From Acidimicrobiales bacterium (lineage in GTDB: Bacteria > Actinomycetota > Acidimicrobiia > Acidimicrobiales > SZUA-35): 64,000 nucleotides of DNA. The stretch is from assembly GCA_047638695.1 (NCBI GenBank), contig JBLINY010000009.1, forward strand, positions 9,234-73,233, read 5' to 3'. Shown here in pieces: positions 35,359-43,418 of the stretch (within the stretch, counting starts at the first letter, position 1; every line of letters begins with the position of its first letter). The notes beneath the pieces are model-generated. The model did no database searches. It saw nothing but the letters and a program-made list of their open reading frames with translations, and was not told where the DNA came from. Both the position numbers and the translations under genes were made by a program.

Positions 35359-37984
35359 TCTGGCGTCTCGCAAATTGCATAGCCTCGTTGAAATCCATTG
35401 CTTCGCCCGTTGCGATGTTGGCGTCCAAGACATCGTCGCCCAGTGTCTCGCGGAGTTGCTCGAGGATCTCGGGCATCACGGTGACCAGGCTGACGCTCTG
35501 CCGGGTACTACTGCCGTAAATCATTGCGGCTATCTCGGGACGATCGAGGCGTTTGAAGAAGACTGCCAAGTCGGCCAAGGTTGTCGCCACACTGCCGTGG
35601 TTGCCAGCGCGGTGCAACGATTCGATGGCGCTATCGAAAAGGTCAAGGGCACCGATCCGATCGCCCGCTGATTCTTCGAGACCGGCGATCTCGCGGGCGA
35701 GGATGGCTTCGAAGTACTCCAGCCGCTGCCGACGCGAGTAGTCGAGGTTTTCGAGCAGAATAGTGAGCGCTCGAGCGGGATCAGACTCCGAGATCGAGCG
35801 GGCGGAACTTGTGAGCGTGTAGGCGATCCAAAAGGGATTCTGTCGGGCCCGCGCCGCGTCGATTGCTTCCTCTGCGAACTCCTGCGCCTCGACGGCGCGC
35901 CCAATTCCGGGGAGCACGGACATACGGCCGGCCAGGCCAATGAGGTTCGCCAACGGACCCTGCCCGACGAGTGCATCGCAGATCTCGAGCCAACGGTCGA
36001 TATCGCCGTTGTAACGATGGCCAATTGCCTCCCAGAAGGCGGCCCAGCCGTGCTCGTGAGGATCGGCTCCCTGGAGTTGTTCGAGTTCTCGGGCACGCGC
36101 TCCGTATGCAATCGCCTGTTGTGGTCGGCCCGTGATCCCACAGATGCTGGCCGCGGTGTAGAGGCGCGCCAGTTGTGGGATGGCTGCTGCTTCGGCTGAC
36201 GCGAGTGTCTCCTCGGCCCAGCCCACCGGCTCGAATCGTTGGAGGACGAAGGTGAGCATGGCCGTATGGGAGGCGATCGTTGCCGCTTGCTCGATGTCAT
36301 TGCGGCTGGTCGCCCATCGGAAGGCTCTGCGCAGGTTCGAGAACTCGCTGTCAACCCAATCGAGGGTCCGCCGCTGCGCCGGCCCGTCCCAAACCGTCCA
36401 TTGTTCGAGCACTGCATCAGCGAAGAAGGCGGCATGCTGATCTCGCGCTTGACCATCAAGGTCACTTTCGGCGAGTTGGTCGGCCGCATACTGCCGGATC
36501 GTCTCCAATAGGCCAAAACGGACCTGCTTGCCCGACCGTTCGGTTGTAAGCAACGACTTCCGTACGAGCGAATCCAAGATGTCCAGAACCGAGTATTCAT
36601 CCTGTCCGGCACCGCAAACTCGGTGGGCGGCCTCCAATGCGAAGCCATCGGCGAATACCGAGCAGCGGTTGAGGAGGTCGCGCTCGGCATCCTCGAGCAG
36701 ATCGTAGGACCACTGAACCACACCCAACAGCGTCTGGTGGTGTTCGAGAACACGATCGGAAGCTGACAGAAATCGAAAGCGGTCGTCCAGTCGATCTCGT
36801 ACGTCTGTGGGGCTCATGGAGACCATCCGGGCGGCCGCAAGTTCGATGGCCAGAGCGATGCCATCGAGTCGTTCACAAATTTCCTCTACCGCTCGTTGGT
36901 CATCGCTGCTGTCCAGAACGAAATCAGCGTCGAGTGCCCGGGCCCTATCAACGAAAAGCCGCACAGCAGGGGAATCGGGTCCGACCGCGACGTCCAGAGC
37001 CGGCACCGGATAGAGCTGTTCCCCTGAAACTCGTAGCCCTTCGCGTGAGGTGGCAATGATGGTGACGGATTCGGATGCGCTGAGAAATTGCTCGATGAGT
37101 TCGGCGACGGCGTCGAGAAGGTGCTCGCAGTTGTCGAGCACGAGGAGAAGATCTCGGCCAACAAGTGAGCTCGCAATTCCTTCGGCGACCGAGACGCCCG
37201 CTGATGGTGTTATTCCGAGTGTCGTTGCTATCGCATCGGCGACTCTGTCCGGCTCGAGAACCGGTGCGAGCTCAACCAGCCAGACACCATCACCGAACTC
37301 GGCAACTCTGCTGGCGGCGAGTTCGAGCGCCAACCGGGTTTTGCCGATCCCACCAAAGCCAGTGAGGGTGATGAGTCGTCGGCGGGCGACCAGTTCGCTT
37401 AGCTCGGCCAGTTCGCGGTCACGCCCGACGAACGTGTCCTTGGTCCGAGGCAGGTTGCCAGTCGGCCGTTCGGCGGTTTTGAGTGGAGCAAACTCGGTGG
37501 CTAGTCCGTCCGCTGCCACCTGGAGGATCCCAATGTGTTCGGCGACATCGCGCAGCAAATGCTCGCCCAGGTCGATCAATTCGAAGCCCTGAAGCAGTTG
37601 TGCCGTCGCCCTTGTCACCAGGATCTGGCCGCCGTGCCCCGCTCCCATCACACGTGCGACTCGGTTCACTGTTGGTCCGAAGAAGTCACCGCTTCGGGCT
37701 TCGGCCTCGCCAGTGTTCAATCCCATTCGAACGGGTAGCCCAAGCAGACGTTGAGCGTCGATCGCGGCCTCGACGGCTTGGTTGGCTGAGGTGAACGAGG
37801 CGGCCATCCCATCGCCGGTGTGTTTGAAGGCCCGACCACCACGGTTTTCTATGGCCTCGATGAGTACGGCGTCGTGGGCGGCTAGGGCCTCACGCATCCC
37901 CTCGGCATCGTCCTCCCAGCGGCGGGTCGATCCCTCGATATCGGTGAAGAGAAACGTCAGCGTTCCCTCTGAGTGGACTGACAT
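35318..37984 (-). CDS. Class III adenylate/guanylate cyclase domain fused to a STAND (NB-ARC-like) ATPase and TPR-like C-terminal region
   Basis: 888-aa ORF. Cyclase motifs FLFTDIEGST, KHTGDGMAASF, GLNTGEA, GPTVNRVARV. P-loop LTGFGGIGKTRLA. Walker B LLVLDNCEH. Long helical-repeat C-terminus with no LuxR HTH seen. Its 3' end overlaps the catalase-like ORF by 41 nt (convergent). Confidence 0.85.
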   Translation of the reverse strand: MSVHSEGTLTFLFTDIEGSTRRWEDDAEGMREALAAHDAVLIEAIENRGGRAFKHTGDGMAASFTSANQAVEAAIDAQRLLGLPVRMGLNTGEAEARSGDFFGPTVNRVARVMGAGHGGQILVTRATAQLLQGFELIDLGEHLLRDVAEHIGILQVAADGLATEFAPLKTAERPTGNLPRTKDTFVGRDRELAELSELVARRRLITLTGFGGIGKTRLALELAASRVAEFGDGVWLVELAPVLEPDRVADAIATTLGITPSAGVSVAEGIASSLVGRDLLLVLDNCEHLLDAVAELIEQFLSASESVTIIATSREGLRVSGEQLYPVPALDVAVGPDSPAVRLFVDRARALDADFVLDSSDDQRAVEEICERLDGIALAIELAAARMVSMSPTDVRDRLDDRFRFLSASDRVLEHHQTLLGVVQWSYDLLEDAERDLLNRCSVFADGFALEAAHRVCGAGQDEYSVLDILDSLVRKSLLTTERSGKQVRFGLLETIRQYAADQLAESDLDGQARDQHAAFFADAVLEQWTVWDGPAQRRTLDWVDSEFSNLRRAFRWATSRNDIEQAATIASHTAMLTFVLQRFEPVGWAEETLASAEAAAIPQLARLYTAASICGITGRPQQAIAYGARARELEQLQGADPHEHGWAAFWEAIGHRYNGDIDRWLEICDALVGQGPLANLIGLAGRMSVLPGIGRAVEAQEFAEEAIDAARARQNPFWIAYTLTSSARSISESDPARALTILLENLDYSRRQRLEYFEAILAREIAGLEESAGDRIGALDLFDSAIESLHRAGNHGSVATTLADLAVFFKRLDRPEIAAMIYGSSTRQSVSLVTVMPEILEQLRETLGDDVLDANIATGEAMDFNEAMQFARRQIKQVRSALTEPNQ

Positions 37985-38172
37985 AGCGCCAGGTTCGCAC
38001 AGGTCGGCGACGTTCCCCGCAACGGGTTAACGGGACATCGATGCTGTTGTTTGGCCACGGGTTGGACAGCGAACAGGCGGACCGTAGCCGCATGCCGCGG
38101 ATCCGAGAACTTCTTTTTGTGGTGTTGGTTGCCACGGCCAGGAGGTGCGGGGTCGCTGTACTGGACGCTGAT

Positions 38173-38204
38173 GCGTTCGTGCGTTCGTGCGTTCGGGCGT
38201 CTTG
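38173..38204. repeat. 8-bp tandem repeat x3-4 (GCGTTCGT) in a 244-nt divergent intergenic region
   Basis: GCGTTCGT at 38173 and 38181, GCGTTCGG at 38189, GCGTCTTG at 38197. Lies 25 nt upstream of the CoA-transferase ATG 38229. Confidence 0.85.
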
Positions 38205-38228
38205 CCACCGCCGACTACGGTCGGTCGG

Positions 38229-39446
38229 ATGGACGGGGATCAATCGCACGAAGCCACTGGACCGCTGCGAGGCAAGCGAGTGATCGACCTTGGGACCCTG
38301 CTGGCCGGCCCGGTCGCAGCTACCTTGCTGGGCGATTTCGGTGCCGAGGTCATCAAGGTCGAGCAGCCCGGTGTCGGTGACACCCTTCGGGGAGGGGTGG
38401 TTGCCGATGGGCAACCTCCACGGATGGCCTGGTTGGTCGAAGGACGCAACAAGCGCTCGGTCACCATCAACCTGCGCACGCCGGAGGGTCAGGAGCTCGT
38501 GCGGAAGCTGGTCGCCACCGCAGACATCGTGGTGGAGAACTTCACTCCGGGCACGCTCGAGGGCTGGGGCCTTGGATGGGATGACCTCCAAGCGGTGAAC
38601 CCCAAACTCATCATGGTGCGGGTATCGGGGTTCGGACAGACGGGCCCCTACAGCGAGCGGGCGGGCTATGACCGAATTGCACTGGGGGTTTCGGGCTATC
38701 TGTATCCCACCGGTTATCCCGACCGGCCACCAGTTCGGCCCGCTTTCCCAACCGCCGACTACAACACTGCTACCTTCGCCGCCCTTGCCGCCATGTTCGC
38801 TCTTTACGAACGCGATGCCCAGGGTGGCGCGGGCCAGATGATCGATCTGGCCCTCTACGAGGCTCCATTTCGCATCACGGCTGACCTCATCGGCACGTTT
38901 CGACAGCGAGGGGAGCTTCGCGAACGGATTGGCAACCGAAACCCCGGGTTCACTCCGGCTGGGAACTTTCTGACCAGCGATGATCGATGGATCCAGATTG
39001 CGGCCGGCGGCGATCGCCCCTGGCGGCGACTGTGCGAAGCCATGGGAGTACCCGAGCTGGCCGATGACGAGCGGTACCTCACGTCGCGTGACCGGCATGG
39101 CCGGGCCGACGAGTTGGAGGAGCTTTTGCGTCAGTGGGTAGCAACCGTCCCCTTCGACGAGCTCGAGGACCTTCTAGCCGAGCACAACGTGCCCGCCGGT
39201 GGAATTTTGACCGCTGCCGACATCTCCGACCATCCGCAGTTCGAGGCCCGAGGCAACATTGCGATTGTCGACGATGGCCACGGGAACGATGTGTCGATGC
39301 CGTCGCCGACACCGAACCTGGTCGGCACCCCGGGAACAATCCGCCATGCCGGACAAGACTTGGGCCTGGAAACCGAGGCCATACTCTCCGAGCTTGGGCT
39401 TGACGCCTCCGACGTAGCCGACCTGCGCGACAAAGGCATCGTGTAA
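38229..39446 (+). CDS. Family III (CaiB/BaiF) CoA-transferase
   Basis: In-frame ATG 38229 within ORF 38187..39446. GKRVIDLGTLLAGPVAATLLGDFGAEVIKVEQP, IVVENFTPG. Confidence 0.85.
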   Translation: MDGDQSHEATGPLRGKRVIDLGTLLAGPVAATLLGDFGAEVIKVEQPGVGDTLRGGVVADGQPPRMAWLVEGRNKRSVTINLRTPEGQELVRKLVATADIVVENFTPGTLEGWGLGWDDLQAVNPKLIMVRVSGFGQTGPYSERAGYDRIALGVSGYLYPTGYPDRPPVRPAFPTADYNTATFAALAAMFALYERDAQGGAGQMIDLALYEAPFRITADLIGTFRQRGELRERIGNRNPGFTPAGNFLTSDDRWIQIAAGGDRPWRRLCEAMGVPELADDERYLTSRDRHGRADELEELLRQWVATVPFDELEDLLAEHNVPAGGILTAADISDHPQFEARGNIAIVDDGHGNDVSMPSPTPNLVGTPGTIRHAGQDLGLETEAILSELGLDASDVADLRDKGIV

Positions 39447-39478
39447 CTGGGGAGCGCTCGTGTAGCTGGGGAGCTATC
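39441..39478. repeat. 19-bp tandem duplication (GTGTAACTGGGGAGCGCTC / GTGTAGCTGGGGAGCTATC) spanning the stop codon of the CoA-transferase gene
   Basis: 16 of 19 positions identical. Copy 1 holds the real TAA (39444-39446) and copy 2 holds TAG (39463-39465, +1 frame). The adjacent minus-strand MFS gene ends in a double stop (TAG CGA TAG at 39482-39474). Confidence 0.85.
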
Positions 39479-39479
39479 G

Positions 39480-40958
39480 CTAGACCTGTTCGGCTTTGCT
39501 GTTCTCGAGAGTGAAAAAGGCGAGGACCATACCCATCGCGGCGTAGGCGGCGATGAGGTAGTGGGCTATCCGCCAGCCATCGAGGAAGGCAACATCGGCG
39601 CTGGCTACTTGGGCGATCTGACTGAGGGGAATGTCGAACCCTCGCGAGACCATCACGCCCACCACCACAGCCGACGCGATGGCCTGCCCGAAAACATTCC
39701 CCAAGTTGCGGGTGAGATTGGTGAAAGCGCCAATCACTCCGAGACTTGCCGGCGGTACCGACCCGAGAATCGCTGAACTGTTGGGGACGTTCCACATGCC
39801 CTGGGACAGTCCAGTCAGAAAGACCAGGAGTGTCACCGTCGTGATACTCGTCTCAGCGGTGATGAAACCCATGGCCAGCGCGATCGCACCCATCAGACCG
39901 AGACCGCCAACGGTGAAAGGGCGTGACCCGAGGCGATCCGAGAGTCGACCCGACGTCTGTGCGGCCATACCCATGCCCAGCGAGATCAGAAACAACACGG
40001 CTCCAGCGCCGCCCTCGGCCATGCCACGAAGGCTGATGAGGTAAATGGGGAGCAGGAAACGGGTGGTGGTCGAACCCATGAACCCGAGGAATCGGGTGGC
40101 GACTCCCATCGTGAAGCGAGTGATCGTGAAAAGGCGAAGCTGAAGCATTGGCGCCACATGGCGAAGTTCCCAACGCACGAACGATGCGAACAGCAGCACC
40201 ACCAACACGAAACCGCCACTGATCAGGGGTGACGTCCACGGCACCCCGAATGGATTGTTGACGGTCAGCACGAGGACGATCACGCTCAGTCCCGACAGGA
40301 TGGCACCACCCCAGTCGAACGCATCCGGTGGCCCAGATCGTTCGCCACCGACCCGCTCTTCGTCGAGGATGAAGTAGGCCGCGACCCAGGCGATGCTGAT
40401 CGGCACGATGAGGACGGCGAACAGCACCTGCCAGGGAAAGACCTGAAGCATCAGCCCGGCAAAGATCGGGCCTGAGGCTCCTCCGATCGAGACCGCCGTT
40501 GTTTGGCTGCCAACCGCCTTGCCGCGTTCTGCCGGAGGGAAAACCGAGACGATCATTGCGGTGCCGACCGATTGCCCCATCGCGTTTCCGAGCGCCATGA
40601 CGAGCCGAGCGGCGATCAGAAGAAGGAAGGTGGGGGCCGCCGCGGTGAGCACCGCGCCGAGACCAAAAATGGCTAATCCGGTGAGGTGCACCTTCTTGCG
40701 GCCGACGATGTCGGCCAGTCGCCCCATTGGCAGCATGACGGCGCTGATGACGAGGGCTTCGACGATCACCACCCAGCTGACGGCCCGAAGGGTGACGCCG
40801 AAGTCGTCAGCGATCGCCGAGAGAGCGACGAAGACCATCGACATGGTCATGACCATGGTGAAAAATGAGAGCCCGATGGCGGCGAAAGCTTTCCACTTGT
40901 AGCCGTCGTCGGCATCAAGGGTTGTCTCAGAATCGAGAAGCTCGGACACCGGACGCAT
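39480..40958 (-). CDS. MFS transporter, DHA2 (14-TMS drug:H+ antiporter)-like
   Basis: 492-aa highly hydrophobic ORF with about 14 predicted helices. MFS motif-A-like GRLADIVGRKK. Confidence 0.85.
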   Translation of the reverse strand: MRPVSELLDSETTLDADDGYKWKAFAAIGLSFFTMVMTMSMVFVALSAIADDFGVTLRAVSWVVIVEALVISAVMLPMGRLADIVGRKKVHLTGLAIFGLGAVLTAAAPTFLLLIAARLVMALGNAMGQSVGTAMIVSVFPPAERGKAVGSQTTAVSIGGASGPIFAGLMLQVFPWQVLFAVLIVPISIAWVAAYFILDEERVGGERSGPPDAFDWGGAILSGLSVIVLVLTVNNPFGVPWTSPLISGGFVLVVLLFASFVRWELRHVAPMLQLRLFTITRFTMGVATRFLGFMGSTTTRFLLPIYLISLRGMAEGGAGAVLFLISLGMGMAAQTSGRLSDRLGSRPFTVGGLGLMGAIALAMGFITAETSITTVTLLVFLTGLSQGMWNVPNSSAILGSVPPASLGVIGAFTNLTRNLGNVFGQAIASAVVVGVMVSRGFDIPLSQIAQVASADVAFLDGWRIAHYLIAAYAAMGMVLAFFTLENSKAEQV

Positions 40959-40986
40959 ACGGCAACGACCCTAGGAGCTACGGTTT

Positions 40987-41907
40987 GTGATGGCCGATTT
41001 GGACAACGAACTACCAGAAGCCTTCGCGACGCAACCCATCCAGTACCTCAGCCGTACACGAGCGTGGTATTCGGCCTTGGGGTACGAGCCGTATCGCTGG
41101 CCGCACAACGATGAGGTTCCGTTCGCCCCACTCGACAAGCCGCTGTCGGAGTGTCGCCTCGGGCTCGTCACCACTGCCGCGCCGCATCAACCGGACAAGG
41201 GTGATCAGGGTCCCGGAGCTGCCTATAACGGCAGCGCCAAGTTCTTTGACGTCTACTCATCTGAGGTCGCCGATCCTCTTGACGTCCGGATCTCACACAT
41301 CGGCTACGACCGCAACCATTCCAAGGCCGACGATCCCAACACATGGCTGCCGCTGCCTCGTCTGCACGAAGCAGTAGCGGCGGGCCGAATTGGTTCGCTG
41401 ACCGAACGTTTCTATGGGGCCCCGACCGTTCGACGGGTTCGCAGCACCACCGAGGAGCACGCTCCACGGATCGTCGAGATGTTGCAGGAGGATGGCGCTG
41501 ACATTGCCCTGCTCGTTCCCACTTGACCCGTTTGCCATCAGACGGTCAGTTTGACCGCTCACGCCATCGAGTCAGCCGGCATCCCCACCGTTGTAATGGG
41601 AGCAGCAAAGGACATTGTCGAGCACGTTAGCGTTGCCCGGTTCGCCTTCAGCGACGTGCCGCTTGGCAACTCGGCCGGGCTGCCTCACGATGTGGATTCG
41701 CAGCGTGAGGTACTCGATTGCGCCCTCACCCTGTTCGAGAAGGCGTTTGCACCGCGAACCACGGTGCAAACCCCGGCTCGCTGGAACGGCGGGGATCACA
41801 CCTGGAAGCACGACATGATGAATCGTGAACAGCTCGATCCGGAGGCAGTGGCCAAGGCCAAGGCTGAGTTCGAGCGCCAGAAGGAGTTGGCCAACCTCAA
41901 CCGGTAG
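40987..41907 (+). CDS. GrdB/PrdB-family (glycine/sarcosine/betaine/D-proline reductase component-B-like) protein with an in-frame TGA at 41524-41526, putative selenocysteine
   Basis: ORFs 40987..41526 and 41551..41907 share one frame and are separated only by the TGA. Read-through gives ...ADIALLVPT-U-PVCHQTVSLTAHAIESAGIPTVVMG (U-x-x-C). The second half has no ATG/GTG start or SD. A hairpin lies 16 nt downstream of the TGA. Confidence 0.65.
41543..41557 (+). promoter_or_regulatory. Candidate bacterial SECIS-type hairpin CGGUCA-GUU-UGACCG
   Basis: Perfect 6-bp stem with a 3-nt loop that begins with G. It starts 16 nt after the UGA. An alternative hairpin, UGACCCGU/ACGGUCA (41524-41548), includes the UGA itself. 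Confidence 0.4.
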
Positions 41908-43366
41908 GGCTTGTCTGGCCGATGTTTTCGTCCAGGGCGCGGTTGATGAGGTTTTTCGTGATGCCACTCACCGTTGGGTCGTCGAGGCCATAGGCCCAGT
42001 CGGTACATCCGGTCGTAAACACCCAGCCCTGGCCCAGGCGATGGGTTCCCATCACCGCGTGGCCGCCTTCGAAGATGGCCCGAGTTTCGGCCGTGTCACT
42101 TCCCGCTAGCCGCTCCGCGACCCAGTTGAGCTCGCCCACGTAGTTGGCCAGGCCGGCCGCGATCTCGTGGGTTTCCCAGAGTTTGGCCGGAGCGGTTGCC
42201 AGAATCTCGAAAGCCAACGGGGTGCCATCGATCCCGGTGGGCCGGGGTATGCCGTCGACCAGCTCGAAGTCACAGCCATCGCACTCGTAACCAACGACCA
42301 TGCCATCGCCCCCGACGACGTCGCCGGGTTCGAGGTCGAGGCCGGCGAATACCCAGTGCGCTGGTTGATGGACTGAGTAGCCACCACCCTCAGGAGCGTG
42401 AGGCATGTTGGCGTAGCCGCCGCGGGTGAAACTTACGCCGGTCATTTCGTTCTCGGGCCGACGGCACAGCGGGTCGCTCCACATCGTCGAGACCGATGTC
42501 TCGCTGTCGCCGCCAACCACGGGATCCTGGTCGATGTCGAACTTGTAGCCAACAATCCGACGCCAATCGTTTTCCGGTCGGATCTGCCAGAAGGACGTGT
42601 TGCCCGAGAGGAAGAGGGCTGCGCCACCTTCAGCCACCCAGCCTTCGACGTTGTCTCGCATCGATGCCGACCAGTACTCGTCATGGCCGACACTGAGGTA
42701 GAGCTTGTACGGGGCAAGAAGCTCAGGATCGGTGGCCAGATCGGTGCTGGTCGCATAGTCGAAGGAGATGCCCTCAGATTCGGCCCACGCCACGAACAAT
42801 CGCTCCCAGTTGGCGAAACCGGCAGCTGAGGAGAAGAAGGAGTGAGTACGGAAGTGAGCCTTGATCTCGTCGCGAGGCATGTCGACATAGGCCGCGGCGC
42901 GAAAGCGTCGGGGGTCATCCTTGGCGAGGAAGCCCGTCGGCAATGGTCGTTCGAGCGACGAGATGCTCCCACCCGTGTAGAAGCTGTCGGCGCCCCAATG
43001 GTTGTAGGCAGCCCACGTTGACGTCGTTAGGACAAGCAGGGTGTTGCCAGGCGTGGAGGCTTTCACAACGAAGAACGCCTCGGCGCTTTCTCCATTCGGT
43101 GCGGTCAGCCGAACGAGATAGAAGCCTGATGCCCACGATGAGCTGACGGTGACCTGCAGGGTCGCTTCCCAACCACAGCCCTCGCGGACAATTGAATCGC
43201 TCACCGGTTGTTCGCTCACGGGCACATCGTGGTGACGATGGACCACGTCCTCGCCCGCTCCCACTCGAACAATCTCGACGTTGCACGTGGTCTGGTCGCT
43301 GCTGATCATGAGGGCAACGGTCTGGTCGGCTGCCGTTGACTGCGGCCAGCAATACGCATCAATCAT
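41897..43366 (-). CDS. N,N-dimethylformamidase large-subunit-like family protein
   Basis: ORF 41897..43396 (ATG 43366 preferred; GTG 43396 possible). From memory, LLVLTTSTWAAYNHWGADSFYTGG and the overall length match the DmfA2-like family. 11-nt convergent overlap with the GrdB-like gene. Confidence 0.65.
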   Translation of the reverse strand: MIDAYCWPQSTAADQTVALMISSDQTTCNVEIVRVGAGEDVVHRHHDVPVSEQPVSDSIVREGCGWEATLQVTVSSSWASGFYLVRLTAPNGESAEAFFVVKASTPGNTLLVLTTSTWAAYNHWGADSFYTGGSISSLERPLPTGFLAKDDPRRFRAAAYVDMPRDEIKAHFRTHSFFSSAAGFANWERLFVAWAESEGISFDYATSTDLATDPELLAPYKLYLSVGHDEYWSASMRDNVEGWVAEGGAALFLSGNTSFWQIRPENDWRRIVGYKFDIDQDPVVGGDSETSVSTMWSDPLCRRPENEMTGVSFTRGGYANMPHAPEGGGYSVHQPAHWVFAGLDLEPGDVVGGDGMVVGYECDGCDFELVDGIPRPTGIDGTPLAFEILATAPAKLWETHEIAAGLANYVGELNWVAERLAGSDTAETRAIFEGGHAVMGTHRLGQGWVFTTGCTDWAYGLDDPTVSGITKNLINRALDENIGQTSPTG

Positions 43367-43418
43367 CGCCGAGACCGTATCGATACCCCCGGCCACCCCG
43401 CCATGTCAGACTTCGGCA

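Noticed and set aside
41524-41526. Reading TGA 41524 as a genuine stop, giving two separate genes or a pseudogene.
   Set aside because: I consider this less likely. The downstream half is in the same frame with no intervening stop, and it lacks its own ATG/GTG start and SD. The TGA also sits in a U-x-x-C context matching the family's redox motif. It stays a possibility until Sec machinery is shown in the genome.
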